NCBI GenBank assembly: GCA_964503955.1
Contig: CAZDCG010000001.1
Coordinates: 237,804-301,803 of the forward strand
From: an uncultured Gammaproteobacteria bacterium
Lineage (GTDB): Bacteria > Patescibacteriota > Patescibacteriia > VMEV01 > CAYQCH01
Reading direction: 5' to 3'
Length of the DNA stretch: 64,000 nucleotides
In this document: positions 18,253 to 28,100 of the stretch, in pieces
Position numbering within the stretch: position 1 is the stretch's first letter
Layout of the letters: each line of letters opens with the position of its first letter
Notes under the pieces: model-generated
What the model was told of the DNA's origin: nothing
The model's database searches: none
Seen by the model: the letters and a program-made list of their open reading frames with translations, nothing else
Program-made: the position numbers and the translations under genes

Positions 18253-18325
18253 AGACTCACAGACAAACATTTGTCTGTGATGTCTGCCAAGTCTGCGAGT
18301 CTTAAAAGTCTGTCTATCTAGTCTG
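18253..18325 (+). promoter_or_regulatory. candidate operator module upstream of rhodanese gene: palindrome AGACTCACAGACAAA-cat-TTTGTCTGTGAtGTCT followed by GTCTG half-sites phased ~9 bp
   Basis: GTCTG/GTCT at 18273, 18282, 18291, 18299, 18308 and 18321 (spacing 9, 9, 8, 9, 13). The same module recurs at 60918-61048. Confidence 0.5.
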
Positions 18326-18383
18326 TCTTGAGCGGATTAGATATACTTACCCTGATGCAACCTGTTATTCAATCCGCGAATAT

Positions 18384-18776
18384 ATGTCTGAAAATGTCAC
18401 CCTTATCAACCAGGAGGAATCTGAAAAAGGTCTGCCTGAGCAGCTTCCCTGCGAGGCGCTTTGGCAGCTCGAACATGCCGGCGAGCGTCCCAATATTTTA
18501 GATGTCCGCGAGCAGGATGAATGGGATGCTGGCCATATTGAATGGGCAACGCATCTTCCTCTCAGTAATGTGCGTGAGCAGGTTGAAAAGATTTTTCCAA
18601 ATAAAAATGAATTGATCATCTCCTGCTGCGCTTCCGGCGGACGGTCGGCAAAAGCGGTCGATATCATGAAAGAATTGGGATACACGAATGTCAAAAATTT
18701 AATCGGCGGATACACCGGATACTGCGGCCGCGAAGACAACCCGGAGGAAATGCTTTCCGATGAGGAAGGAGCTTGA
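18384..18776 (+). CDS. rhodanese-domain sulfurtransferase
   Basis: ILDVREQDEWDAGHIEWATHLP...IISCCASGGRSAKAV carries the rhodanese active-site Cys loop. Confidence 0.8.
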   Translation: MSENVTLINQEESEKGLPEQLPCEALWQLEHAGERPNILDVREQDEWDAGHIEWATHLPLSNVREQVEKIFPNKNELIISCCASGGRSAKAVDIMKELGYTNVKNLIGGYTGYCGREDNPEEMLSDEEGA

Positions 18777-18835
18777 CTCAAGACTAACTAGACTAGCTAG
18801 TTGAGCCAGACGAAGTCCGGCAACGTTTATAACTT

Positions 18836-19765
18836 ATGCATTGGTTCTTTGACGCCATCATTTTCGGATACCTTTTGTTTTGCTTTCCGGCTGTTTACTG
18901 GCTCGCCACCGGAATGAGAAAACGCATTTCCCCCCGTATGGCGGGCATCATCACCTTCTGGCTGATTGCAGGATGGATTACTATTTTTTACGGCAGTTTT
19001 GTTGAGCCGAGAATGATTGTGGAACATGAACAGGAAATCGAACTGATCCAAGGAGACGATCAGCCGTTTACCATTGCCGTGCTTTCTGATTTGCATGTCG
19101 GTCCGTATAGAAAAGAACATTCAATCATGCGTCTGGTTGAAAAGATTGAAGAACGGAATCCGGATGCTGTTGTTCTGCTTGGAGATTTTGTGTACAAATC
19201 AGCCGAAAGCCTGCCTGAGCTCTCCCCTCTCTACTTCCTCAGCGAGTCATATCCTGTTTTTGCCGTTCTTGGAAACCATGATTACGACTTGTCCGGCAAC
19301 CAAAAAGAACCGAATGATGAACTGGCCGTAAAGGTACGCGCCGCACTAAAAACGCTTGGCGTCACTGTCTTGGAAAATGACGGGCTTCCAATTGCAAATG
19401 GCAGGCTGTACCTTGCCGGCCTGCAGGAAATCTGGACGCATCGAACCGATATCGATGCTGCATTGCAAACCAATATCGAAGGCCTGCCCGTGATCGCTCT
19501 CGCACATAACCCTGATACGGTGGCCGCCTACACGGAACGCCACGATATCGCTCTGACACTTTCCGGGCATACGCATGGAGGACAGATCCGTCTTCCCTTC
19601 ATTGGACCCGCGGGCATCATTCCAACCGAGCTTGGCCAGAAAATCGATAAAGGATTGTTTACGATTAACAATCATCAAGTCCTCATCACTTCAGGCGTTG
19701 GCGAGAGCGGCCCTCGCGCGCGGCTTTTCAATCCGCCTGAAATCATTTACCTGACCATCAAATAA
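18836..19765 (+). CDS. membrane-anchored metallophosphoesterase (calcineurin-like, YkuE/MPP family)
   Basis: N-terminal TM helices and the MPP motifs DLHVGP, GDFV, GNHD, GHTHGG. Confidence 0.8.
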   Translation: MHWFFDAIIFGYLLFCFPAVYWLATGMRKRISPRMAGIITFWLIAGWITIFYGSFVEPRMIVEHEQEIELIQGDDQPFTIAVLSDLHVGPYRKEHSIMRLVEKIEERNPDAVVLLGDFVYKSAESLPELSPLYFLSESYPVFAVLGNHDYDLSGNQKEPNDELAVKVRAALKTLGVTVLENDGLPIANGRLYLAGLQEIWTHRTDIDAALQTNIEGLPVIALAHNPDTVAAYTERHDIALTLSGHTHGGQIRLPFIGPAGIIPTELGQKIDKGLFTINNHQVLITSGVGESGPRARLFNPPEIIYLTIK

Positions 19766-19773
19766 AAAAGAGC

Positions 19774-19806
19774 GACCCCCCGCAAGCCAGAGCCGAGCGG
19801 GGGGTC
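19774..19806. terminator. strong GC hairpin after the phosphoesterase gene
   Basis: GACCCCCCG-caagccagagccgag-CGGGGGGTC. The A-run precedes it on the plus strand, so it is oriented for minus-strand termination. Function uncertain. Confidence 0.35.
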
Positions 19807-20062
19807 ATTGATGTCTGCCGGGGGATCGAGTGAACCGGCAGTGGGAGTAAGATCTCAGAGCGCGTGGGGAAGCGCGCCTTTCAATCTCCACCAGCAGAAA
19901 CGATCTGCTCTCCCTTGCCCACCGTAGGAGGCCACTGTGAGCGGTTTCTTTTTAGCAAGTCTGGAGTATTTGGTCAAACGACCGTAAAACGTTGACAAAA
20001 GGCGTTTTGAATGGCATTATGGAATTCAGACGCATACCTGTGCGTCTTTGTTTTCATATCAT

Positions 20063-20138
20063 GGCGGTGTAGCTCAGCGGTTAGAGCGATGCCTTCATAA
20101 GGCAGAGGTCGGTGGTTCAAATCCACCCACCGCTACCA
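20063..20138 (+). tRNA. tRNA-Met (CAT) elongator type (or tRNA-Ile2 lysidine; indistinguishable by sequence alone), CCA encoded
   Basis: GGCGGTG acceptor, D-arm GCTCAGCGGTTAGAGC, anticodon loop TTCATAA, T-arm GGTGG-TTCAAAT-CCACC. Confidence 0.8.
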
Positions 20139-20140
20139 CG

Positions 20141-20172
20141 AAAAAATCGCACGTACTCGGTGCGATTTTTTC
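20141..20172 (+). terminator. terminator after tRNA-Met
   Basis: AATCGCAC-gtactcg-GTGCGATT hairpin followed by TTTTT. Confidence 0.6.
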
Positions 20173-20712
20173 GTGGAAATTGACGACATGTTCCGCAAGA
20201 TAAAAATAAGACCGTAGGCAGATCACTCCGCCTACGGCCGTCTAACATTTTAGCGGCAACGTTGATACCTAAAAGTTGCAAAAGATTGCCTTCGCCTACT
20301 GAGGGCGAAATTGATTTCGTCCCTGGATTTGCCAGGCCCGAAACACAGCGTTCGATTTCAGTTGCTTAGCTTTCTGAGCTAAGTCGGGACGCGTTTCCCG
20401 CCAGACCCGCTCGAGCAGGTCCGCTAAATCCTGGTGCTTTTCTTTCTTCAAGACATGCTCCTTTGTCTCAGATTGAGACAGCTTCAATCTAGCGTGCTAT
20501 CGCTGAAAAGACAAGAGCGATGAACAATCGCCAGCCAACAAAAAACCAGCAGACTTCTGCCGGTTTTTTGTTGACGGCCTTCTTGTCTTTCTCGGATGAC
20601 TCCAAGATTGTTCAAGAAAGCCGCTCCGGCTTACTCGCGCCTTGCGCGCTTTCATGCCGGCTCGTTTTCGCACGATTTTTCCGTTTTTGTCGTGTGAAAC
20701 GCATATCCCTCC

Positions 20713-22065
20713 TTATACCCCGGCTTGTCCGGTTCTGAAGAGGGACTTGAACCAGCCAAATACCCCGGCCGCCCCGTTCTGCTGGCGCCTGGAGCGCCTG
20801 GTCAGCAGATCCGTGATCATCTGATTGGGCGATGGCCGGCGGGCGGGATCCTTGGACATGGCCTGAGCGAGCACATCGCTGAATCCCTTCGTGACTCCGC
20901 CATTGGTGGCAAGAATCGCCGGCTTGGGATCCTTCGCCTTGATCAGGCTGATATGATCCTGCAGATTCATCCCCACAAGCGGAGGATGGCCGGTCACCAC
21001 ATGGTAGAGGGTCGCAGCCACGCCGTAGACATCCGTCTTGCTGTCTACGCGCGCGCCGTCAGCCTGTTCGGGAGCCATATAGTGCAAGGTTCCAAACCCT
21101 TCGCCTTCCTGCGTCAGGGTTTCAAGCACCTTCTCGGCATCCGCGTCTTGCAGCGAAGCCGCTTCCAGCAGACGGTACGGCGAAGGGCCGTCGGTCTTAT
21201 TGCAGCGGGCCTCGCCAAAGTCGATCAGGACGGCCTTGAGATTCTCCAGCAGGATCATGACATTGGCCGGCTTGATGTCGCGGTGGACGATCCCATGCTG
21301 CTCAGCCACCACGATGACCGTAAGCAGCTGGACGCCGATCTTGATAGCCGATTCCTCGGTCAGCGTCCTGCTTGCTTCAAGCACGCTCTTGAGCGGAATC
21401 CCCATGGCCTGCTGCTCGATCACAACGAGGCCGTACTCAGGATCCTCGATCAGCTCGTACACCTCGGGAACACTCTCAAGATTCGACAGCCTTCGCTGGA
21501 TCTCAAATGCCCGGCGCACGCGCCTTGCGGCCAGACGGCCGTCATCACTGTTCACCGAAGTCGCCGGCGTGAGCTTGAGAGCCACTTGCTTCTTGTGCTG
21601 CAGATCCTGAGCCGCGACCACGATGGAGTTGGCACCTGAACCAAGCAGCTCAAATACCCGAAAGCGGTCAAAAAGCACCGGCTTGCGCCCCATCTGAACG
21701 GTCCAACGCAACCGGGCATCATTGCAGGCATGCTTGAACGCATCCTCCGCAACTTTCCCCGACATCTGCAATGCGTCCGCCAACGGAACGGTATCCGCTT
21801 CATCCGACGTATCGGGCAGCAGCGTACCGTTGGACTTGAGAGCGGACAAGCGCCTTCTCCTCGAAGATGCCGACCTGGCCAGCCTGTCCGGCAGAACCAG
21901 CGTCATCCGCTCATCCACCGCGATCACCTTATTGCAGGTAATGCAGGTGAATGTCCTGGAATTAGGGTCGAGCTCCTGGCGGATTTGCAGCAGGGAATAG
22001 CTCTTCCCCTTGCAGGCGGGGCACCACTGGTATTGTGGCGGACCCGTCTCACTCTGAAGTTTCAC
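20713..22065 (-). CDS. cytoplasmic Ser/Thr protein kinase with N-terminal zinc-ribbon
   Basis: CPACKGK...CITCNK zinc ribbon, Hanks kinase motifs (VALKL, HRDIKPANVMI, DFGEA, APE). GTG start with a strong AGGAG ribosome-binding site. Confidence 0.8.
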   Translation of the reverse strand: MKLQSETGPPQYQWCPACKGKSYSLLQIRQELDPNSRTFTCITCNKVIAVDERMTLVLPDRLARSASSRRRRLSALKSNGTLLPDTSDEADTVPLADALQMSGKVAEDAFKHACNDARLRWTVQMGRKPVLFDRFRVFELLGSGANSIVVAAQDLQHKKQVALKLTPATSVNSDDGRLAARRVRRAFEIQRRLSNLESVPEVYELIEDPEYGLVVIEQQAMGIPLKSVLEASRTLTEESAIKIGVQLLTVIVVAEQHGIVHRDIKPANVMILLENLKAVLIDFGEARCNKTDGPSPYRLLEAASLQDADAEKVLETLTQEGEGFGTLHYMAPEQADGARVDSKTDVYGVAATLYHVVTGHPPLVGMNLQDHISLIKAKDPKPAILATNGGVTKGFSDVLAQAMSKDPARRPSPNQMITDLLTRRSRRQQNGAAGVFGWFKSLFRTGQAGV

Positions 22066-22370
22066 GGCCTATCTCCTAATGAGTAGGGAGTTTGTTTGTC
22101 TTTGGTATTTCCAAAGACCGGTGAATATAACACAAAAGGAGGGGAAACACAATCCCCTCCTCCTGGCTATATTATAGCATGAGCCATCTCAACAACCAGG
22201 AAGCGTATCTGTTCTGGCATCTGCTTTCTGGAATCTGGGATCTTGCATCTGAAGCTTCCAAATTTTCACAAGCGGACCCCAGAGATCCAGAGTCTAGATG
22301 CCCGGAGCTCAGATACCAGATCTAAAGCAAAGGAGGGACAGAAAGCTTTCACCTCCCTTGCCCCTCCCCT

Positions 22371-22730
22371 TCAACTCGCTTTTCGCAATGCGCCGCCAAG
22401 CGAACGCAGCACATCATATGGATCCGCGAGCTTTGAAAGCGCGCAGGTGAAAAAAACATAATGGCCGGGAATATCCGAATCCTTTCCCACCTGCAGCTTG
22501 CATTCAATGCCACGAATGGCATCCATGCGAAAAATAATGCCTTGCGATTTCGGCAAACGGATGAATGGGTCGATTTCCTCATCCGCGAGCCGCGCCTTCT
22601 GTTCGTTCGACTTTGAACACAAGGCCGCAAAAGAGCGTCTGGCGATGGCTCGAAGAAACTGCCGTTCATCCACGCCCGGATGCACGTAGAGATGAGCGAA
22701 ACCACCGTCGGGAACGAACACGATTTGCAT
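22371..22730 (-). CDS. hypothetical protein (119 aa)
   Basis: The frame looks more protein-like than the overlapping R/C-rich alternative (22349-22774). No domain recognised. Confidence 0.3.
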   Translation of the reverse strand: MQIVFVPDGGFAHLYVHPGVDERQFLRAIARRSFAALCSKSNEQKARLADEEIDPFIRLPKSQGIIFRMDAIRGIECKLQVGKDSDIPGHYVFFTCALSKLADPYDVLRSLGGALRKAS

Positions 22731-22843
22731 TCCACATACCTCCGTTTCAGTTTCCTGAATCGACGAAACCTCATCGGCTCAGGAAGCGCCCCGTAAACAC
22801 CTTGTTCACGGGGCCGGCGGCAAAGACGCGAGTCTCTTCCGCC

Positions 22844-24991
22844 TTACGGAATCGAGGGCGCGGCCGGCAGGGTGATATTCCCTGTGACCGGATCAATGAC
22901 CAGGATGAATCCGCGATGCGGATCATGGTCATCATAGTTGTGGTTGCGCCCCGGCTCGTTCAGCGGCTGTGCCGGAGGATTCCCCGGATTATCGTCGCCG
23001 TCGAGCTTGAACCACAACAGGTGCTCCCCAAGGTCAATGCGGATGCGGACCGTGGCATGAAGGAGCTTGCCCGTGCCATAGTCCTGTGCGAGCGTCATCG
23101 ACGTACCCAGGTAATAGGCCGCCGGCGCGCCCGTATTGATCGGGTTGCGGAAAACGAATGGCTGCCAGCCCGCCTGAACGGTATTGCTTGTCGCAATCCA
23201 GGAATCCGGACAGTCGAGCAGCACATCCAGGTCCACCTCCGTCGCGCTCACGGACGTGACCGCCGCGATGGCGAACAGGCCCGGTCCCTGGTGGATGGTG
23301 CCGGTGACATCATCCACCTGAACCGAGTGCTGGCGGTAGCCCGGGAAGTCAACGAAACGGTTGCGTCTGAACACCTGAAGGTTTTTCTGCGGGCTGATGC
23401 CCTGCAAACCGCCGGGATCGGCCGCCACCGCGTCGAAGACGAAGAACGAAGGCTGCGAAGCCACGTCTTGGCTGACAAAGACATTGAAGGTGAACGAAGT
23501 GACATTGCCGATCGTTGCCGATGTCACCAGCGAGATCGTTGCCTGTTCACCCGCCAGCCTCGTCAGCGCGCAAGTCAGCGGATCGCCATTGTCATCCTGG
23601 AAGGCCACCTGCACCACCGCGGTTGTGAGCGCGGCAATCGTGGTGGAACTTGACGCAAGACCGGAGACGACCGTTGCCACATGAATCGGGGCCACGGGTG
23701 TGGGAACATGCGTCGTGAGGTTCACGGTCACCTGGCTGGTGGCCGTACTTCCGCGGCTGTCGCTTGCCGTCACGGTAAAGGTGATCGGCTGGTCGCTTGC
23801 AACCGCGGGCGTGCTAACCACGGTGGCCGCGGACGCTGGGTGAGCAATGCTTGCCGCCACGCCTGACGTCTGCGACCAGATATAGGAGATGCTCCCCTTC
23901 CCGCCGCTTACCGTCACCGAGAGGGTCGTTGAACCGCCGCCCTGCAGGGTCGAAGGAGAAGCCGCGGCCGCCGTGATTGACACGGGAGGCGTTGGCGTAA
24001 CCGTTACCTGTACGGGATTGCTGGTAATCGACTTGCTCTGATCGGTCACGGTCACCGTGAACTGCATGTCCTGGCTCGTAGCCGAAGCCGGAGCCGTCAC
24101 GGTTGTCTGCGCCACCTGCGGGCTCGCGATCTGAGCGGCCGGACCGGCAACCTGCGTCCACTGGTATGACACGGCACCGTTTGCACCGGCGGCCTGCGCC
24201 TGCAGCGTGAATGTCTGCTCCTCCTCCACGCTGCTTGGCGACGCATTCGCGCTGGTAATAGACAGTGTTGAAGGAGGCTGAGGCAAGGTCGAAGCCGGCT
24301 GAGGCGGCGCGGACGCGCCTGCATAAGGCGGCACGTAGGTATGCCAGTTGCCGTCGCTGCCAATCGCCACCCAGAGCCTGAGCTCCTTGGGCGGATCCTG
24401 GTACGACGAATCAAACGGCAGGCCCGTGAAGTAGTGGGCCGGATTGCTTGAGCCGGCCGCGGTGACAGGGTTGGTCTTATACAGGGTGATATGCATCCCC
24501 TGCGCCACGGGAACCTTGATCGTCCCGCGCCAGCCATTTCCGCCCGAAGGCATGAGCTGCACCGCGTCGAAGTTGCCCACGACCGGCGCATTCATCTTCA
24601 CCCATACCTCCGAGAGGGCGTTGTGGTTGTCGTCAAACGCCGCGTTGACCACCACGTCCACCAGCATCTGGTTGGGATCATTGGGATCAGGCCGGGGATC
24701 GGAGTACGCCACCACGCCCGGCCCGACAGCATTGCCGCCGGCCGTATCCAGGCGCCTGGTGACCACCACGACTTGCTGCCCGCTGAATGCGGGCGTCGTC
24801 TTGATCAGGTCGGCATCGGATGGCTGGTTTGTGCCGCTCGGCTGGTTCTGACCGCCGTTATTGCCCGTGGGCTGGTTCCCCTGCCCGTTGAGCACCGGCG
24901 AACCGGAGCTGCGCTTCTCCGAACAGCCAGACGAGACAATCCCCGTCATGAGGATCGCCGCCATCATCAGGATCCAATTGAACCAAGGCAT
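22844..24991 (-). CDS. secreted lipoprotein with two PKD/Ig-like repeats and low-complexity N-region
   Basis: Signal peptide plus lipobox-like VSSGC. Two ~60-aa repeats SYQWTQVAGP...FTVTVTDQSKSITSNPVQVTV and SYIWSQTSGV...FTVTASDSRGSTATSQVTV. The start was moved to the ATG with the GGGGGAGG ribosome-binding site. Confidence 0.65.
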   Translation of the reverse strand: MPWFNWILMMAAILMTGIVSSGCSEKRSSGSPVLNGQGNQPTGNNGGQNQPSGTNQPSDADLIKTTPAFSGQQVVVVTRRLDTAGGNAVGPGVVAYSDPRPDPNDPNQMLVDVVVNAAFDDNHNALSEVWVKMNAPVVGNFDAVQLMPSGGNGWRGTIKVPVAQGMHITLYKTNPVTAAGSSNPAHYFTGLPFDSSYQDPPKELRLWVAIGSDGNWHTYVPPYAGASAPPQPASTLPQPPSTLSITSANASPSSVEEEQTFTLQAQAAGANGAVSYQWTQVAGPAAQIASPQVAQTTVTAPASATSQDMQFTVTVTDQSKSITSNPVQVTVTPTPPVSITAAAASPSTLQGGGSTTLSVTVSGGKGSISYIWSQTSGVAASIAHPASAATVVSTPAVASDQPITFTVTASDSRGSTATSQVTVNLTTHVPTPVAPIHVATVVSGLASSSTTIAALTTAVVQVAFQDDNGDPLTCALTRLAGEQATISLVTSATIGNVTSFTFNVFVSQDVASQPSFFVFDAVAADPGGLQGISPQKNLQVFRRNRFVDFPGYRQHSVQVDDVTGTIHQGPGLFAIAAVTSVSATEVDLDVLLDCPDSWIATSNTVQAGWQPFVFRNPINTGAPAAYYLGTSMTLAQDYGTGKLLHATVRIRIDLGEHLLWFKLDGDDNPGNPPAQPLNEPGRNHNYDDHDPHRGFILVIDPVTGNITLPAAPSIP

Positions 24992-25031
24992 GACACCTCC
25001 CCCTGTGAGACGTTTCCTGTTTTTTGTTAAG

Positions 25032-25056
25032 ATCATCCTTATGAAATAAGGATCAT
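25032..25056. promoter_or_regulatory. palindrome GATC-ATCCTTAT-gaa-ATAAGGAT-CATC between promoter and RBS of the PKD lipoprotein gene
   Basis: Perfect 8-bp inverted arms. A TTGACA -35-like hexamer lies upstream on the minus strand (25083-25088). Confidence 0.4.
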
Positions 25057-25107
25057 CCAGAATAAAAAGAATTGTTGTTTTTGTCAAGCCAGGTGAGCGT
25101 CATTTTT

Positions 25108-25136
25108 CGACAAAAAAGCGGCCTTTCGGCCGCTTT
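25108..25136 (-). terminator. terminator immediately after the A2M-like anti-sigma gene
   Basis: AAGCGGCC-tttc-GGCCGCTT hairpin with a T-run on the minus strand, 3 nt after the stop. Confidence 0.6.
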
Positions 25137-25138
25137 CT

Positions 25139-28100
25139 CTATTCGTTTATTTCAATGCGCTGCCTTGGCGTTCTCAATGCAACAGCTTCATGTTCGCCTC
25201 CTGTCACCGAAACTCCTTCTGCAACATAACTGCCCCCTTCGGCAACCGCCATGGCACGGTAACGAACGGTGTAGGAACTGCATTCAGGTCCAAGCCAGAT
25301 ATGCGCGTTCATGCGCCCTTCAGAGAGCCGATACGGTGCCGTGGTACAACGCTGGCCTGCTGTGTCATGCATCCACGACAATCCTCTCCACCGCCCTTGC
25401 AGTCCGCTTGGCAAAATGTCTTCCACTAGATACCCGCCGCCAAATTGAGGATTTTTCAGGCTGACAACAATTTCCACCTCCACCGGCAACGAAGGATCAA
25501 TAGACTCAACGATCCTTCCATTCTGTCGATACATGCGCGAAGCACTGATCATGGATGAATCAACCGCATCCGTGAACGGGATCTCATAGGCGGCTGTCGC
25601 ATAGAGGGGGCCTTGAACATCCTCCAGGGAAAGCTGCTGATAATCATCACGGCTCAAGCTTAAGGTAAAGCTTTCATATCCCCGCAAGGTGACAAAACGT
25701 TCTTCCTCGCCTGCACGAACGACAAAGCGCATATCTGCCACCGGCTGATGCGCAAGCTGCGCTTTCCAGTAGCGCACGAGTGCAGCCGGATCCATTTTGT
25801 CTGATTGCGCGAGAAGATAGGCATAGAACAATTCCGCACGCGCATCCTGCAATTGTGCTGCGACCAACATGGCTAATTCTGTCTGCGCGCGAATTTCTAA
25901 CGTTTCCGCATCCTCTGCTGTAATCCATGCCCGGCCGTCCTCTTCCTGATACCCAAGATCAATAGCACGAGCAAAGAGTGACCGCGCTGTCTGCACATCT
26001 CCATAAAGCAGGAGTGCGTCAGCCGCGGTCAATATAGTTTGCACATTCAAATCGTCACGATGTGCGAATTGCTGCAATTGAGCAAGACCGGGCTTCTGTA
26101 AAGCAGCCAATCCCCTGAATGCAAGGGCTGTTTCCTCAAGGGTTCGGTCCTCGTCACTGAGCACTGACGCGAAGTAGACAGCCATTTCTTCAGGTGCGTA
26201 TTCCTGATCATCAAGCAATGGCAGTAAAGCAGATGTCCGCTCAAGGTCAGCCTCGCCGAATGGATAAAGCGTGAATCCTCCGTTCGGTACTTTATACGGT
26301 GTTGTAACAGCCGTTTCCGCCGTCGCATGATCCACGCCAAAGTACTGCTTCAGTAATCCGGCTGCTGCGTCCTGAGCCACACGCCCGTCAAGGCGGGTTC
26401 CATATGCAGAGAATCCTGTCAGCATGCGATACGCATCCGCTCCAATCGATGACGAGAACGAAACATCAATACGCTTTGCTTCTTCAGGTACCTGGGGCAA
26501 CCCCTCTTGCGCCGGTTTGGCAACGGCTTCTCGTCTGGTCGCGTAACTGTCGCGAACCATAAACGACTTGATCACGATATCCTGGCGTTCCTGCGCTGTT
26601 GCTCTTATGGCGTATGCGTACAAACCCGGTTTCAATTGCCCGATAGCAAACTGAGGGTGTTCGGTTAAACGAACCGTTTGCAGCTGATCGGCGACCGGAA
26701 AATCCGCAAGCGAAGACGGCACGGCTTCAACCGCCAGCGGGCCGTAAAAAGCATATTGCACGTCATCATCGGCATGAAGGAAATCCGCATAGCTGCGGGC
26801 GGAAAGCACAATCGAATCCTCCGCCAAGTATTGATCGTTGGCAATCACTTCCACCTGCAAAGGCTGCGCGACTACCACGTCTTTGATCCCAAGCCCGCCT
26901 TTTCTGTCGGATGTGGCGGCTTTTGCAAGGATCGCCCAGGTCGTGACATTATCCGGCAAACGGAACGAAATGCGGGCATAGCCATTGGCATCCGTTTGCA
27001 CGATTTCATAATGCGCGAGTTCAAGGAATTCAGAGCGCACGTCACCGCCGCCGCCACCGCCTCCTTCAAACAGATACGGCGGATGATGCGTGGCTGCCTG
27101 CTGGCGCAGACGATGATACTGCCCAGACCACAATTCCGTCAGAGGATTTTCCGCGGCCGCATACTGGTCAAGTTCCAGATAAGCCCGATCAAGCACGCTG
27201 ATATTTACCTCCGCGCGGACAGGCTTGCCCTGCGCGTCCTTCACCTGGATTTCAGCGTTCACCTCGTCTCCCCTGCCATAAGCATCCGCGCCGGTTTGCA
27301 CGTTTACATCAAGGCGATACGGCTCCTGATCCACCGTGACCGAATCGAGAAAGAACGGATAGGTATAGTAGATTCTGCCATCAATAAGCGCCGCTCCTGC
27401 AAGCGTGAATGAAGGGCGATGTCTGTCTTCAATAAGGAAATCAGCCGTTGCCCCGCGCGTAACTTTGTACCCTTCAATCGAAGGAGCAAGCGCGTACACG
27501 AAGAAAAGCGTGTCTTCAGAAATATTGATGGCCGCGTCCTGCCAGGAATTGAGCTTGGCCTGCAATTTCACAATATCCCCCACCTGGAATCCATCTTCAG
27601 CTTTTTCATGAGAAATCGTCAGATGCGGCTGATAATGCGGCGGGGTCGCGACCTGCACGGGGATTTCTTCATCCGGATTCTCTACATACACCCTGCCATA
27701 AGGCAATTCATAGAACGAAATGTACTCTGTCTGACTGTCGTAGCGTTCAAATGCATCCATGGCTTCAAAGCGGATTTCGTAATTTCGCTCAGGCTGAGGA
27801 GTGAAGGTGAAATGTGTTCGTCCTTGCTCGTCCGTTAATCCCTCATGACGGTCAACAACCTGCTCCTTGCGGGTATATTCGTAGTAATATCTGGTGGTAT
27901 TCGTGTACTCGTCATATTCAGACATCAAAGCAGAAGAAAGCTCGGAGCTGATTTCCACCACCGTCGCGCGGAATGGCACTCCTGCCGCATGGAAGCGCTG
28001 TATCTTATTTTGCGGAGGATACGGTTCGTCTGAGGTGAGATAGTTCAAGCCCTGGACATGCGCAGTAAAGAGTACGGAGCCGTCCTCAACTTCATGCGCC

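Noticed and set aside
20725-22086. Plus-strand ORFs (304, 136, 92, 118 aa) inside the Ser/Thr kinase locus
   Set aside because: Antisense shadows of the kinase gene. No ribosome-binding site, and Arg/Leu/His-rich composition.
22349-22774. 141-aa alternative frame overlapping the 119-aa ORF
   Set aside because: R/C/S-rich, non-protein-like composition. The 22371-22730 frame was preferred, though itself low confidence.
23248-24851. Several 60-180-aa ORFs on both strands inside the PKD lipoprotein gene
   Set aside because: Shadow ORFs produced by a GC- and Thr/Ala/Ser-rich repeat-containing gene.
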